The notes under the pieces are model-generated. The model did no database searches and had not been told where the DNA came from. It was given only the letters and a program-made list of their open reading frames with translations. Below, piece by piece: positions 47,363 to 57,016 of a DNA stretch of 64,000 nt; within the stretch, counting starts at the first letter, position 1; every line of letters begins with the position of its first letter. The stretch comes from Candidatus Saccharimonadales bacterium (GTDB lineage Bacteria > Patescibacteriota > Saccharimonadia > Saccharimonadales > 2-12-FULL-41-12), in contig DASUOG010000005.1 of NCBI GenBank assembly GCA_036276755.1, forward strand, positions 13,777 to 77,776. The letters run 5' to 3'. A program made the translations under genes and the position numbers.

Positions 47363-48211
47363 TTATATTTTAGGTTGGCTAAAACCGGCCGGCAAGTCCG
47401 AACTGAATGTCATGAGCTCATTATTATCAGGCAGCCCTATCGACAGCTCGCGGGCATGCAAATATAGCCTGTCCGCCTTGGCCCCGCCATAAAAGTCATC
47501 ACCGAGTATCGGACGCTTCATGTGTTTAAGGTGTACCCTGAGCTGGTGTGTCCGGCCGGTTTTAGGCGATAGTTCCAACAGGCTATAGACAACTCCTTCT
47601 TTGGTAAATGTTTTGATAGTCTTATAAGCGGTTTTAGCCGGCTTGCCGCCGCTTGACACCTTAAAGAACTTAGGATCTTTCGGGTTGCGTTCGATAGGTA
47701 TGTCTATGATGGCTTCCCTGGGTTCAATCAAGCCTTGTACAAGCGCGATGTATTTTTTGGAAACCTTGCGCGCCCCGAACTGTTTTTGCAAGAATTGCAT
47801 CGCCCTAGGGTTTTTAGCACAAATCATAACCCCGCTTGTACCCCTGTCCAACCGGTGTACTATACCGGCGCGGTTATTGTCCTTTTTAAAACCGCTTGTT
47901 TTGGGCCATAACCAGGATGCTATGGTACTTTCTTCGCTGAAAGCACCTTTTGAATGTGATAAAACTCCGGCAGGCTTATCAACGACTACGCAGTTATCAT
48001 CCTCGTAGATAATATTCAGCCGGAGCTTGCTGGCTTTTGACGGTTCTTTCTGCTCAATCTGCACTGGACTGTTTTCGTCCACTCTGGTCGCTGACTTTTT
48101 CTTAAGTAATCCGCCGACCTTTACCCTGCCGGCTTTTATCAGGTTCGTCGCCGAAGAACGGCTCACCCCAAGTTTTTTTGCTACCAAATAATCCAACCTT
48201 AGTTTGCGCAA
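47363..48211 (-). CDS. rluD: RluA-family pseudouridine synthase with N-terminal S4 domain (RluD/RluC-like)
   Basis: Catalytic motif HRLDRGTSGVMICAKN. N-terminal S4-like RLDYLVAKKLGVSRSSATNLIKAGRVKVGG. Confidence 0.8.
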   Translation of the reverse strand: MRKLRLDYLVAKKLGVSRSSATNLIKAGRVKVGGLLKKKSATRVDENSPVQIEQKEPSKASKLRLNIIYEDDNCVVVDKPAGVLSHSKGAFSEESTIASWLWPKTSGFKKDNNRAGIVHRLDRGTSGVMICAKNPRAMQFLQKQFGARKVSKKYIALVQGLIEPREAIIDIPIERNPKDPKFFKVSSGGKPAKTAYKTIKTFTKEGVVYSLLELSPKTGRTHQLRVHLKHMKRPILGDDFYGGAKADRLYLHARELSIGLPDNNELMTFSSDLPAGFSQPKI

Positions 48212-48216
48212 GCTTC

Positions 48217-49260
48217 CTACCTTAAACCTACGGCTTTTTGTACTTTTAGCAGGGTATTGTTGGCCCGAACACTCATCAGTTTTTCAGATTCAATCAACTT
48301 GGTCTGTACATCTTCCTCTTTTATATCCGCCAGTTGGGATTGGAAACTTCTTAAGAATTCAGCTACCGCATCAGCCACCGTCTGCTTGAATTGGCCGTAC
48401 TTGGTCTGTCCGGCGAATTCCGCTTCGGCTTCGCTGACCGTTTTGCCTTTTATAAGACCGTATATCTCGATAAGATTAGAGACACCGGGCTGATTATCCG
48501 GGTCGAATCGGACTTTGTTAATGCTGTCGGTAGTCGCGGACATTATCTTTTTGCCGGCGGCTTCCGGATCGTCAAGCAGAAATATCACGCCCTTGTCGGA
48601 CTCCGCACTTTTACTCATCTTCTTATCCGGCCGAACCAGGTCTTTGATCCGAAGTCCCTGGTCCTTGGCGAAGAATTTATGTTGTTCCTTGACCGGTTTG
48701 GGAACCACAAAAATATCACCGAATCTGTTATTGATGCGCTGGGCGATATCGCGGGTAAATTCCAAATGCTGGGTCTGGTCATCGCCGACCGGCACATAGT
48801 CCGCTCCATAAAGCAGAATATCCACCGCCATCATGACCGGATAATTAAACAGTCCGGCCGAAACTTCATTCGTTCCATCCTTCTTATCTTTGAACTGAGT
48901 CATGCGGCTCATTTCGCCAAAACCGGTGAAGCAACTGAGTATCCACATCAATTCGGAATGGGCCGGTATGTAGCTTTGCCTATAGAGTTGCACGTCCGGG
49001 TCAGCCAAAGGCAACCCGGCCGCTACGAAAGTTTTCAGATTGGTCATTATCTGTTTCTGCAAACTTGGATAGTCAATCTCGGTGGTTATACTGTGGAGGT
49101 CCGGGACGAACAGATTTATCTGGTAATCTTTCGTCTTGCTCCTGGCCATATCGACCATAGGCAAAAGCGCACCGAAATAATTGCCGATGTGCAATTCATT
49201 ATTGGCCCTAAGCCCGGTTAAGATTACAGGTTTACTCATTATCTTATAACTATTATACAT
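48217..49260 (-). CDS. trpS: tryptophanyl-tRNA synthetase
   Basis: Class I HIGH-type motif TGLRANNELHIGNYFG and KMSKS. 347 aa. Confidence 0.85.
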   Translation of the reverse strand: MYNSYKIMSKPVILTGLRANNELHIGNYFGALLPMVDMARSKTKDYQINLFVPDLHSITTEIDYPSLQKQIMTNLKTFVAAGLPLADPDVQLYRQSYIPAHSELMWILSCFTGFGEMSRMTQFKDKKDGTNEVSAGLFNYPVMMAVDILLYGADYVPVGDDQTQHLEFTRDIAQRINNRFGDIFVVPKPVKEQHKFFAKDQGLRIKDLVRPDKKMSKSAESDKGVIFLLDDPEAAGKKIMSATTDSINKVRFDPDNQPGVSNLIEIYGLIKGKTVSEAEAEFAGQTKYGQFKQTVADAVAEFLRSFQSQLADIKEEDVQTKLIESEKLMSVRANNTLLKVQKAVGLR

Positions 49261-49262
49261 AA

Positions 49263-49967
49263 CTATCTAAAGAGTTCGCCGAGAGATAGCTGTCCGGTAT
49301 AAGCGGCCGTACCCAATATCACTCCGTCTACTTCGGCTTCCGCCAAATCGTATATGTCCTCGTTGCTCCTTATACCGCCGCTTGCAATCATTTCTATCTC
49401 AACTATCCCGGCCAAGTCAAAACACTTGACAACGTTAGGGCCTTGCAAACGCCCCTCTCGGTTAACATCGGTATAGATAATTCCTCCTGCTCCGTCCTCC
49501 TCCGCCATAATGGCCGCTTCGTAGAGATTTAATCCCGTACTCTGTTGCCAGCCATGAGAGACCACTTCGTCATCTTTAGCATCTATCGCTACTATTACAT
49601 TTTTACCGAAGTTAGAAGCCGCCTCTTTGAGCCAACCGGGTTGTAAAAGCGCTCGCGTGGAGGTCACCACTTTCTCCGCGCCGGCATTTAACAACTCGTC
49701 TATATCACTCATTTGACGCAAGCCACCGCCGACCTGAAAGCTAACTCCTGGATTAGCTGCCAGGATATCCTTTATGAGGGCGATATTGCTTCCGGCTTCA
49801 AGTGCCCTGTCCAAGTCTACGATATGCAAACGCCTGGCGCCCTGTTCGATAAAGCGGGCGGCTTGAGCCAGAGGATCGTCGATCCTTAGCGTTTCTTTAC
49901 TTACATCGCCGCCTACCAGCTGTACGCAAGAACCTCCCCGTAGGTCTATAGCGGGGATAACTTGCAT
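49263..49967 (-). CDS. hisA: HisA/PriA-family (beta/alpha)8 isomerase (ProFAR isomerase-like)
   Basis: VIPAIDLRGGSCVQL, VDLDRA, QVGGGLR, IASGGIRSNEDIY and the C-terminal GVILGTAAY region. Confidence 0.7.
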   Translation of the reverse strand: MQVIPAIDLRGGSCVQLVGGDVSKETLRIDDPLAQAARFIEQGARRLHIVDLDRALEAGSNIALIKDILAANPGVSFQVGGGLRQMSDIDELLNAGAEKVVTSTRALLQPGWLKEAASNFGKNVIVAIDAKDDEVVSHGWQQSTGLNLYEAAIMAEEDGAGGIIYTDVNREGRLQGPNVVKCFDLAGIVEIEMIASGGIRSNEDIYDLAEAEVDGVILGTAAYTGQLSLGELFR

Positions 49968-49984
49968 GCATGCTTTCCGGTTAT

Positions 49985-50377
49985 TTATCGCTTGGTGTAC
50001 TGGCGTTTCTTGCGGGCACCTTTTAGGCCGAACTTCTTGCGTTCTTTTTCCCGCGGATCGCGGCCTAACAGTTCAGCACGTCTGAGGGTATTTTTGAAAT
50101 CAGGATTCAGCTCTACCAAAGCCTTTGCTATACCTAGACGGATAGCGCCGATCTGACCGGCATGACCGCCGCCGCTGACCTTTACGCTGATGTCGTATTT
50201 GTTCTCTTGCTCGAGAGCGATGAAAGGCTTATCCAGCTCATGAAGCAAAAGCTGGCTGGCTGCGAAGTACTCCTCCGCCGGTTTGTCATTGACGCTTATT
50301 ACACCTTTGCCTTTTTTCAGCCTTACTCTGGCGGTTGAACTTTTTCTTCTGCCGAGTCCGTAAAAGTAATCTTTCAT
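49985..50377 (-). CDS. rpsI: 30S ribosomal protein S9
   Basis: C-terminus GARKKRQYTKR. Confidence 0.95.
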   Translation of the reverse strand: MKDYFYGLGRRKSSTARVRLKKGKGVISVNDKPAEEYFAASQLLLHELDKPFIALEQENKYDISVKVSGGGHAGQIGAIRLGIAKALVELNPDFKNTLRRAELLGRDPREKERKKFGLKGARKKRQYTKR

Positions 50378-50820
50378 TGCTTGCCTTTCTTCAGATCGAA
50401 CTGCTGTGGGTTTTGTGCGGAATGTTTATGATTTTCATCCTTATAAACCTTGAGTCTGGACAACCTACCGTCTCTTAGTTTGTTATCCGGAAGCATGCCG
50501 CGCACGGCATCCGCTATCACTTTTGTAGAATCTTTATCAATCCTTTCCTGAAGGCTGAGTTCCCGTAGATTGCCGGGGTATCCGGAGTGTCTATAGTATT
50601 TCTTATCCGCGAGCTTGTTACCCGTCACCTTAAGTTTGTCGGAGTTGATAACTATGACGAAATCGCCGCAATCTATGTGCTTGGTAAACATAGGCTTACC
50701 CTTGCCCATCAAAAGCTGGGCAATCCGGGTAGCCAGCCTGCCGAGCGTCAGTTCGCCGGCGTCCAGGATATACCAGTCCCTTTGGATATCGGTTGGTTTC
50801 GCAGAGTAGGTCTTAGTCAT
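50374..50820 (-). CDS. rplM: 50S ribosomal protein L13
   Basis: DWYILDAGELTLGRLATRIAQLLMGK. Confidence 0.95.
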   Translation of the reverse strand: MTKTYSAKPTDIQRDWYILDAGELTLGRLATRIAQLLMGKGKPMFTKHIDCGDFVIVINSDKLKVTGNKLADKKYYRHSGYPGNLRELSLQERIDKDSTKVIADAVRGMLPDNKLRDGRLSRLKVYKDENHKHSAQNPQQFDLKKGKQ

Positions 50821-51290
50821 TTTTTAGCTCCGGATTTCTTGGCGGTTGCTTTTTTAGGAGCGGTTTTCTTTGCGGTCGCGGGTTTTTTAACGGTTGCAGG
50901 TTTTTCGGGCTTGGGCCGGGGCTTCGCGGTAAGATCGTCGACGAAACTTACCTTTGCCAGCTGAGCATTATCTCCTCGGCGCGCGCGGGTCCTGGCTATC
51001 TTCAGATGTCCGCTTGAACGGTCGGATAGCTTGGGCGCTATTTCATCAACCAGTTTGTGAGCCGATTCGACGGTTTGCAGCCTGGCGATAATTATCCTGC
51101 GATTGTGCAAGCCGCCTTTCTTCGCTTTGGTTATCAGTTTTTCGGTATACGGCACCAGTTCCTTGGCCTTTTGCTCGGTGGTTTCTATAGACTCATGGAC
51201 AATGAGCGTATCAGCCAAGCCCTTAAGCAGTGCTCGGCGCTGATCGCGCTCACGGCCGAACTTGCGGCCTTTGTATCCGTGCCTGTGCAT
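50817..51290 (-). CDS. rplQ: 50S ribosomal protein L17 with Lys/Ala-rich C-terminal tail
   Basis: MHRHGYKGRKFGRERDQRRALLKGLA. Confidence 0.95.
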   Translation of the reverse strand: MHRHGYKGRKFGRERDQRRALLKGLADTLIVHESIETTEQKAKELVPYTEKLITKAKKGGLHNRRIIIARLQTVESAHKLVDEIAPKLSDRSSGHLKIARTRARRGDNAQLAKVSFVDDLTAKPRPKPEKPATVKKPATAKKTAPKKATAKKSGAKK

Positions 51291-52238
51291 CTAAAATTCC
51301 ATCTCCGCCATTTTTTCTTTGACTTCATCGAGCGCTTTGCTGCCGAAGCCTTTTAGTTCGCGAAGTTCGACGTCGCTTAAAGCGAACAAATCTTTGAGGG
51401 TATGAATGTCATTGTTAACAAGTGCGTTGGTAGTTCTTGCGGAAAGATTCAGATCTTCTATGGATGTCATCAGTGCCGGTGAGTCATCCGTAACGGCCGA
51501 ATCGGCGGAAGTTTCTTCCGTTGAGCTTAAAGGAGCGCCCTGTTCAACCCTGGTCTGTCCGGCCAGCGCCGTGTATTGATTGACCAATATCGCCGCCGCT
51601 TCTTCAAAAGCATCGCGCGGAGTTATAGTTCCGTCGGTTTCAACAGTTAGAATGAGCTTATCCAAATCGGTCATCTGACCCACGCGGGTATTTTCCACTT
51701 TGTAACGGACTCGTAAGACGGGACTGAATATGGAATCAATGGCTATCATGTCAGATAAGACCTTCTTGTTATTCGATTCATCGATGGCACGATAACCCCG
51801 TCCTTTTTCGACTACTATATCCATATTTATGCTGGCCGAGGCACTGTCAATATGAGCAATGACATGGCTCTTGTTGACTATCTCGACATCGGCATTCGTC
51901 TGGATGTCTTTGGCCGTAACGGGACCGGATCCCTTCTTGCTCAGCCGGATGGTCTGCGGATCATCGGAAAAGACTCGGAATCGTACACCTTTCAGATTAA
52001 GAATAATCTCGACTATATCTTCCTTCACACCGGGCAGAGTGGTGAATTCATGGCTGGCGCCGTCGACTTTAAAAGCAGTAATAGCCGCACCGGCGATCGA
52101 AGATAACAAGACCCTTCTTAAGCTGTTGCCCAGCGTCATACCATAACCGCTGTGTAAAGGTTCGATTGCGAACGTTGAATGATTCTTGCCATGGTCTTCG
52201 GTCTTTACGACACCCGGTACATGTATATTTTTTGACAT
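51291..52238 (-). CDS. rpoA: DNA-directed RNA polymerase alpha subunit
   Basis: N-terminal domain (GYGMTLGNSLRRVLLSSI) and C-terminal domain (LNLSARTTNALVNNDIHTLKDL). Confidence 0.95.
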   Translation of the reverse strand: MSKNIHVPGVVKTEDHGKNHSTFAIEPLHSGYGMTLGNSLRRVLLSSIAGAAITAFKVDGASHEFTTLPGVKEDIVEIILNLKGVRFRVFSDDPQTIRLSKKGSGPVTAKDIQTNADVEIVNKSHVIAHIDSASASINMDIVVEKGRGYRAIDESNNKKVLSDMIAIDSIFSPVLRVRYKVENTRVGQMTDLDKLILTVETDGTITPRDAFEEAAAILVNQYTALAGQTRVEQGAPLSSTEETSADSAVTDDSPALMTSIEDLNLSARTTNALVNNDIHTLKDLFALSDVELRELKGFGSKALDEVKEKMAEMEF

Positions 52239-52255
52239 ATTTTCCTCGTCTCCTT

Positions 52256-52870
52256 CTAACGTGAGTAAAACTCAACTATTAATTGCTCATTTATATCCGG
52301 TTCCGCATCTTCGCGATTAGGGGTACCGGTGATATTGATCTCAAACTTTTTCCTGTCAACCTTCAACCAGCCTGGTATTTCGCTCGGGGCAGGACTGACA
52401 TCGTCCAAATGTTTGAAATATTCGGATTTTTTAGACTTGTCCCTAAGCTTTAAAACGTCGTTGGGTTTCAGCCTTATGGACGGGATGTCGACACGGCGGC
52501 CGTTCAGCATGAAATGTCCATGGGTAACCAACTGCCGCGCGGCGCGGCGGCTGGGCGCCAGGCCGGAGCGGTAAACTGCGTTATCCATCCTTTGTTCTAG
52601 CAGCTTCAGCAATATCTGACCTGACTCGCCTTTGGCATGCGCCGATTCATTCATCAAATTTCTGAACTGCTTTTCCAAAAGACCATAAAGCCGCTTGACT
52701 TTTTGCTTTTCTCTTAGCTGCAGCGAATATTGGCTTGGTTTGCTACGGTATCCTCTGGTCTGTTGTCCGGGAGGTGTAGAGCGCTTGACAAGGGCTTTAT
52801 GCGCCTTGGGGTGCAAGGCATAGCCTTCGCGGCGGCTCATCTTAACTATAGAGCTTCTGTCTCTTGCCAT
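52256..52870 (-). CDS. rpsD: 30S ribosomal protein S4
   Basis: MARDRSSIVKMSRREG; S4 domain. Confidence 0.95.
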   Translation of the reverse strand: MARDRSSIVKMSRREGYALHPKAHKALVKRSTPPGQQTRGYRSKPSQYSLQLREKQKVKRLYGLLEKQFRNLMNESAHAKGESGQILLKLLEQRMDNAVYRSGLAPSRRAARQLVTHGHFMLNGRRVDIPSIRLKPNDVLKLRDKSKKSEYFKHLDDVSPAPSEIPGWLKVDRKKFEINITGTPNREDAEPDINEQLIVEFYSR

Positions 52871-53278
52871 TTAAACTCTCCTCGCCTTCCTGGGCCGAAC
52901 TCCACCGTGCGGTATACCGGTAACATCCTGGATCGATTCGACTGCTATATTAGCTGCCATCAGCGCCCTTACCGCAGAATCCCGGCCTAACCCCACGCCC
53001 TTTATGAAAACGTCCGCTTTGCTGAACCCGAAACGCTGTTTAGCGTCCTCAATAGCTTTCTCCGCAGCTACCTGGGCCGCGTAAGCCGTGCCCTTCTTGC
53101 TGCCGCGGAAACCACAGCTTCCAGCGCTTGAACTCGTCAGAGCGCCGCCTTTCGAATCGGTGACGGTAACTATCGTATTATTGAATGTAGCAAGCACATG
53201 CACTTGGCCGGTCGGCACACTGCGCTTAACTTTCTTTTTCTTTGGTTTTACAGTCTTGGTAGTAGTATCTTCAGCCAT
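52871..53278 (-). CDS. rpsK: 30S ribosomal protein S11
   Basis: GVVHVLATFNNTIVTVTD...GFRGSKKGTAYAAQ. Confidence 0.95.
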   Translation of the reverse strand: MAEDTTTKTVKPKKKKVKRSVPTGQVHVLATFNNTIVTVTDSKGGALTSSSAGSCGFRGSKKGTAYAAQVAAEKAIEDAKQRFGFSKADVFIKGVGLGRDSAVRALMAANIAVESIQDVTGIPHGGVRPRKARRV

Positions 53279-53289
53279 AATTTTACTTC

Positions 53290-53676
53290 TTAAGTCTTAG
53301 CCGGCACTTTCTTGGCGGTCCCGCCTATAGTCACCTTCTTACCTCGTCTGGTGCGCGCATTGGTCTTGGTTCTCTGTCCACGTGATGGGAGATTGAACTT
53401 ATGGCGACCGCCGCGATAAGAATTTATATCCCTGAGCCGTTTGATATTGCCGGTAACAATCCTTTGAAGTTCGCCTTCTACTACGTAATCATTGCTGATA
53501 ATTTCAGAAATCTTGCTGATCTCGCCGTCCGTCAGATTTTTTACCCGCACCGTCTTATCTATCTTGGCCTTATCCAGGATATCGTCAGCGTTTTTCTTGC
53601 CGATGCCATAGATGTACTGCAGGGCCGTATGAACCTGTTTTTCGTTCGGTATTGTGATACCCGCTATCCTTGCCAT
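53290..53676 (-). CDS. rpsM: 30S ribosomal protein S13
   Basis: MARIAGITIPNEKQVHTALQYIYGIG. Confidence 0.95.
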   Translation of the reverse strand: MARIAGITIPNEKQVHTALQYIYGIGKKNADDILDKAKIDKTVRVKNLTDGEISKISEIISNDYVVEGELQRIVTGNIKRLRDINSYRGGRHKFNLPSRGQRTKTNARTRRGKKVTIGGTAKKVPAKT

Positions 53677-53684
53677 AAAGTAAA

Positions 53685-53810
53685 CTAGCCCTGCCTTTGC
53701 TTATGCTTGGGTTTATGCTTGTTGATGACATATAATCGGCCCTTGCGGCGGACTATTTTGTCATCCGAACTGATTTTTTTCACACTAGCACGTACTTTCA
53801 TACGGATCAT
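53685..53810 (-). CDS. rpmJ: 50S ribosomal protein L36, cysteine-free (non-zinc) variant
   Basis: Translates as [41 protein letters not shown], i.e. the L36 consensus with CxxC/CxxxxH replaced. AAGGAG precedes the start. Not in the ORF track (41 aa). Confidence 0.8.
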   Translation of the reverse strand: MIRMKVRASVKKISSDDKIVRRKGRLYVINKHKPKHKQRQG

Positions 53811-53844
53811 GACTCCTTAAGTGCATGACACACTGCTTAAATTG

Positions 53845-54066
53845 TTAGGTCTTGCGATACGTGATTCTGCCCTTCGTAAGATCGTAAGGTGTCAACTCGA
53901 CCGTAACGCTGTCCCCGGGAACGATGCGTATGTAGTTCTTACGCATTTTTCCGGCGACATGAGCTATGATTTGATGGCCATTTTCGAGCTCTACCTTGAA
54001 CTGCGTTCCAGGCAAGGTCTCTACAATCGTACCTGTAAGCTCAATTACTTCCTTATTCTTGACCAT
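53845..54066 (-). CDS. infA: translation initiation factor IF-1
   Basis: [65 protein letters not shown]. Confidence 0.95.
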   Translation of the reverse strand: MVKNKEVIELTGTIVETLPGTQFKVELENGHQIIAHVAGKMRKNYIRIVPGDSVTVELTPYDLTKGRITYRKT

Positions 54067-54122
54067 AAATTATAACTAGAAGCCTATCTTATCAAACACT
54101 AGTGAATATTGCAACACTTTTG

Positions 54123-55592
54123 TTATTTTCTACGCCTGAATAAACGGCGCTTTGCCTTTTCTTCAGCTTCTACTTCTTGGAAGAAGTCGCCTCCGTCATA
54201 TTGGCTGTAGGTTATCATCAATGCTTGTGATTCGACCTTCCTCAACGTCTCAAGCGATACGGAGACCAGTATAAGCACGCTGGTACCGCCGATCGCCAAG
54301 TTATTGCCTAAGAATACTTCGCCGGCTATCGGCACTACCGCTAAGAGAGCTATGGCTATACCGCCGAACAAGGTAAGCCTGTTAACTACCTTCGATAAAT
54401 ATTTTTCGGTCTGAGGTCCCGATCTGACGTCAGCTATAAAACCGCCCTGTTTTTGAAGGTTCTCGGATATATCTTTGGCATTGAAGGTGATGTTCGTATA
54501 AAAGAAGGTAAATAAGAACACCAGGGCAAAATAAGTTACAGGGTAAATATAAGAATGCCAATCAGCGGCCACAAAAGTCTGAGCCGATGGTGTCTGGAAC
54601 CACGTTACCAGGTTGCTGCCGAGTTGCTGCAACTCGACTGATTGATTGCTGGTCAGAATCTGACCGATAAAAGTAGGTACGCTCAAAAAGGCTACCGCGA
54701 ATATAATCGGTACGACACCGGCTCCGATCAGCTTGACCGGCAACACCGTGGTAACGCCGCCGTATGTCCTATTGCCCTGGATGCGTTTGGCATAATGCAC
54801 GGTAAGCCGTCTGGCCGCCTCGTTGAGTTTGACCACCGCCACTATAGCCAATATCACGGATATGGCTATTATGCCGAACACCTTCAGTGCGCCAAAATCA
54901 ATCGGAATCTGATAATTCAACAGGTTATACTTCTGGTCTCCGTTAAACACACCCCCTACCAGCGCAGCCAAAGAAGCGGGCAGTGTACTGACTATACCTA
55001 CGGTTATCAATAGCGATATACCGTTGCCTATATTCTGCTCGGTTATCAATTCTCCCAACCACATCAATATCATCGAACCGCCGGTTAATGCGGCGACCAT
55101 CAGCACCCATTGCATTAATGAGCTGTTAGCCGTAATGTCACCCAGTCCGGATAATTGGCTGGCTTGTTGTTTTACTAAATAAATCGCACCCACCGACTGC
55201 ATTATCGCCAAAGGCAGGGTTAGCATACGGGTCATCTGATTTATTTTCTTACGTCCGTATTCGCCCTCTTTATTCAATGTTTCAAGCTTGGGTACCGCTC
55301 TGGTCAGCAGCTGCATTATGATGCTGGCGTTAATATATGGGCCAAGCCCTACCAGCATGATGGAAAAATTAGCCAGCGCGCCACCGGATAGTACGTTGAG
55401 GAAACTCAGAAATTGAGGAGTATCGCTGGACGTGAATAATGATTCTAAAACCTGGCGGACGTTCTGCGGATCGCTGATAGGTATCGGGATGTGGGCGAGG
55501 ATCCTAAATATTATGACGATGCCGAGCACTGCCAAAATTTTTTTGCGCATATCGGCGTCGGCTAACGACTTCCAGATCAGTTTCCAGTTCAT
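54123..55592 (-). CDS. secY: preprotein translocase subunit SecY
   Basis: 489 aa, 10 TM helices. Conserved GGxAxxS-type region and position after rplO. Confidence 0.9.
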   Translation of the reverse strand: MNWKLIWKSLADADMRKKILAVLGIVIIFRILAHIPIPISDPQNVRQVLESLFTSSDTPQFLSFLNVLSGGALANFSIMLVGLGPYINASIIMQLLTRAVPKLETLNKEGEYGRKKINQMTRMLTLPLAIMQSVGAIYLVKQQASQLSGLGDITANSSLMQWVLMVAALTGGSMILMWLGELITEQNIGNGISLLITVGIVSTLPASLAALVGGVFNGDQKYNLLNYQIPIDFGALKVFGIIAISVILAIVAVVKLNEAARRLTVHYAKRIQGNRTYGGVTTVLPVKLIGAGVVPIIFAVAFLSVPTFIGQILTSNQSVELQQLGSNLVTWFQTPSAQTFVAADWHSYIYPVTYFALVFLFTFFYTNITFNAKDISENLQKQGGFIADVRSGPQTEKYLSKVVNRLTLFGGIAIALLAVVPIAGEVFLGNNLAIGGTSVLILVSVSLETLRKVESQALMITYSQYDGGDFFQEVEAEEKAKRRLFRRRK

Positions 55593-55632
55593 CCGATTTT
55601 AATTACCCTCACTTTTAAACAAGTATACAGTA

Positions 55633-56100
55633 TTATTTCTTCGTGTTTTTCTTAGGACGTTTCAGTTGGTCGGCCCGTTCAAATTTCCCGCCCGCTTTGA
55701 CAACCATTTTGACGGCGGCTTCGCTTGCCGAAGTCAGACTAACCTCTATCTTTTTCTTTAAATCACCGTTGACTATAAGTTTTACTTTAGTATAAGGATT
55801 GTCAATTATCCCGGCTTCGGCTAAAACCTTGGAGTCTATCTTTGATTTGCCCAAGGCCTCCAGCTGTCCGGTATACACTACCGCAGGCTTAGCGCGATGC
55901 GATTTAAAGCCGCGTAATTTGGGCAAGCGCATATAAAGCGGCAATTGTCCGCCTTCGAATCCAGGGCGTACCCCGCCGCTTTTGCGGGCACCTTGGCCTT
56001 TGGTACCACGTCCGGCGGTTTTGCCTTTGCCGGCGGCAATGCCCCGGCCTACTCGAGTTGGTTTCTTTTGCCTGGTCGTCTTAAGTTCGTTTACCTTCAT
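55633..56100 (-). CDS. rplO: 50S ribosomal protein L15
   Basis: Gly/Arg-rich N-terminus (GRGIAAGKGKTAGRGTKGQ). Confidence 0.9.
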   Translation of the reverse strand: MKVNELKTTRQKKPTRVGRGIAAGKGKTAGRGTKGQGARKSGGVRPGFEGGQLPLYMRLPKLRGFKSHRAKPAVVYTGQLEALGKSKIDSKVLAEAGIIDNPYTKVKLIVNGDLKKKIEVSLTSASEAAVKMVVKAGGKFERADQLKRPKKNTKK

Positions 56101-56663
56101 TTGCTATCCTTTGATTTGCTTTTGACGGGCGGTTTCGTCTTAGCCGCAGTCTTTTTAGTAGTACTGCCGGCTTTTCTGGTTACCCACTTTTCCGCAGGCT
56201 GCATGCTTTTTAATGCTTTTAGCGTAGCGTATGCGGCATTGACCTTATTGGTAGAACCAAGCGATTTGGATAAAGCATTGTTGACACCGCCAACCTCAAG
56301 GAGCGTTCTGACCACCCCGCCGGCGATCAAGCCTGTTCCCGGTCCGGCAGGTTTGATAAGTATAAGCGCGCCGCCTACTTTGGCTTGCACTTCATGCGGT
56401 AACGTCCCGTTATACAAGGAAAGTGTGGTCAAATCTTTTTTCGCGGCTTCGACGGCCTTGGTCACGGCGGAAGTTACGTCCGCGCCTTTAGCGGTAGCTA
56501 CGCCTACCCTGCTTTTTTTGTCGCCCACTACAACAAGCGCCCTAAATCTGAAGCGCCGACCGCCTTTTACCACCCGGGCTACGCGGTCTATATGCAGTAC
56601 TCGTTCCTCAAACTGCTTTTCCTCCATACCGGTCTTCACATCCCTCATTCTAGCGTTTGCCAT
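56097..56663 (-). CDS. rpsE: 30S ribosomal protein S5 with Lys-rich C-terminal tail
   Basis: RVARVVKGGRRFRFRALVVVGD; overlaps the rplO start by 4 nt. Confidence 0.95.
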   Translation of the reverse strand: MANARMRDVKTGMEEKQFEERVLHIDRVARVVKGGRRFRFRALVVVGDKKSRVGVATAKGADVTSAVTKAVEAAKKDLTTLSLYNGTLPHEVQAKVGGALILIKPAGPGTGLIAGGVVRTLLEVGGVNNALSKSLGSTNKVNAAYATLKALKSMQPAEKWVTRKAGSTTKKTAAKTKPPVKSKSKDSK

Positions 56664-57016
56664 TATATCTCTAGTCCTTCCTCGCGAGCCGCGTCGGCCA
56701 GCGCCTTTATCCTGCCGTGGTACAACTTATTTCCCCTGTCGAGAGTAACCTTGGTTATCTTCTTGGCTTTGGATTTCTTGGCCAGTTCCTTGCCCACCAT
56801 GACAGCCTTATCCGCCATAGTGCCTTTAGCGTCGGTCCCAGTGGTCGTGACCGAAATTATTGTTTTATTGGCAGCATCATCAATTATTTGCGCCGAAACA
56901 TTCCTGTTACTTATAAAAACTGACAGCCGGGGCAATGTCGATACGCTTTTGAGCGTTTTCCTCACCCGGTGCTTGCGCCTTATTGCGTTGGTTCTTTTTG
57001 AGTCTAGCCTATTCAT
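56663..57016 (-). CDS. rplR: 50S ribosomal protein L18
   Basis: RLSVFISNRNVSAQIIDD...AKEEGLEI. Confidence 0.9.
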   Translation of the reverse strand: MNRLDSKRTNAIRRKHRVRKTLKSVSTLPRLSVFISNRNVSAQIIDDAANKTIISVTTTGTDAKGTMADKAVMVGKELAKKSKAKKITKVTLDRGNKLYHGRIKALADAAREEGLEI

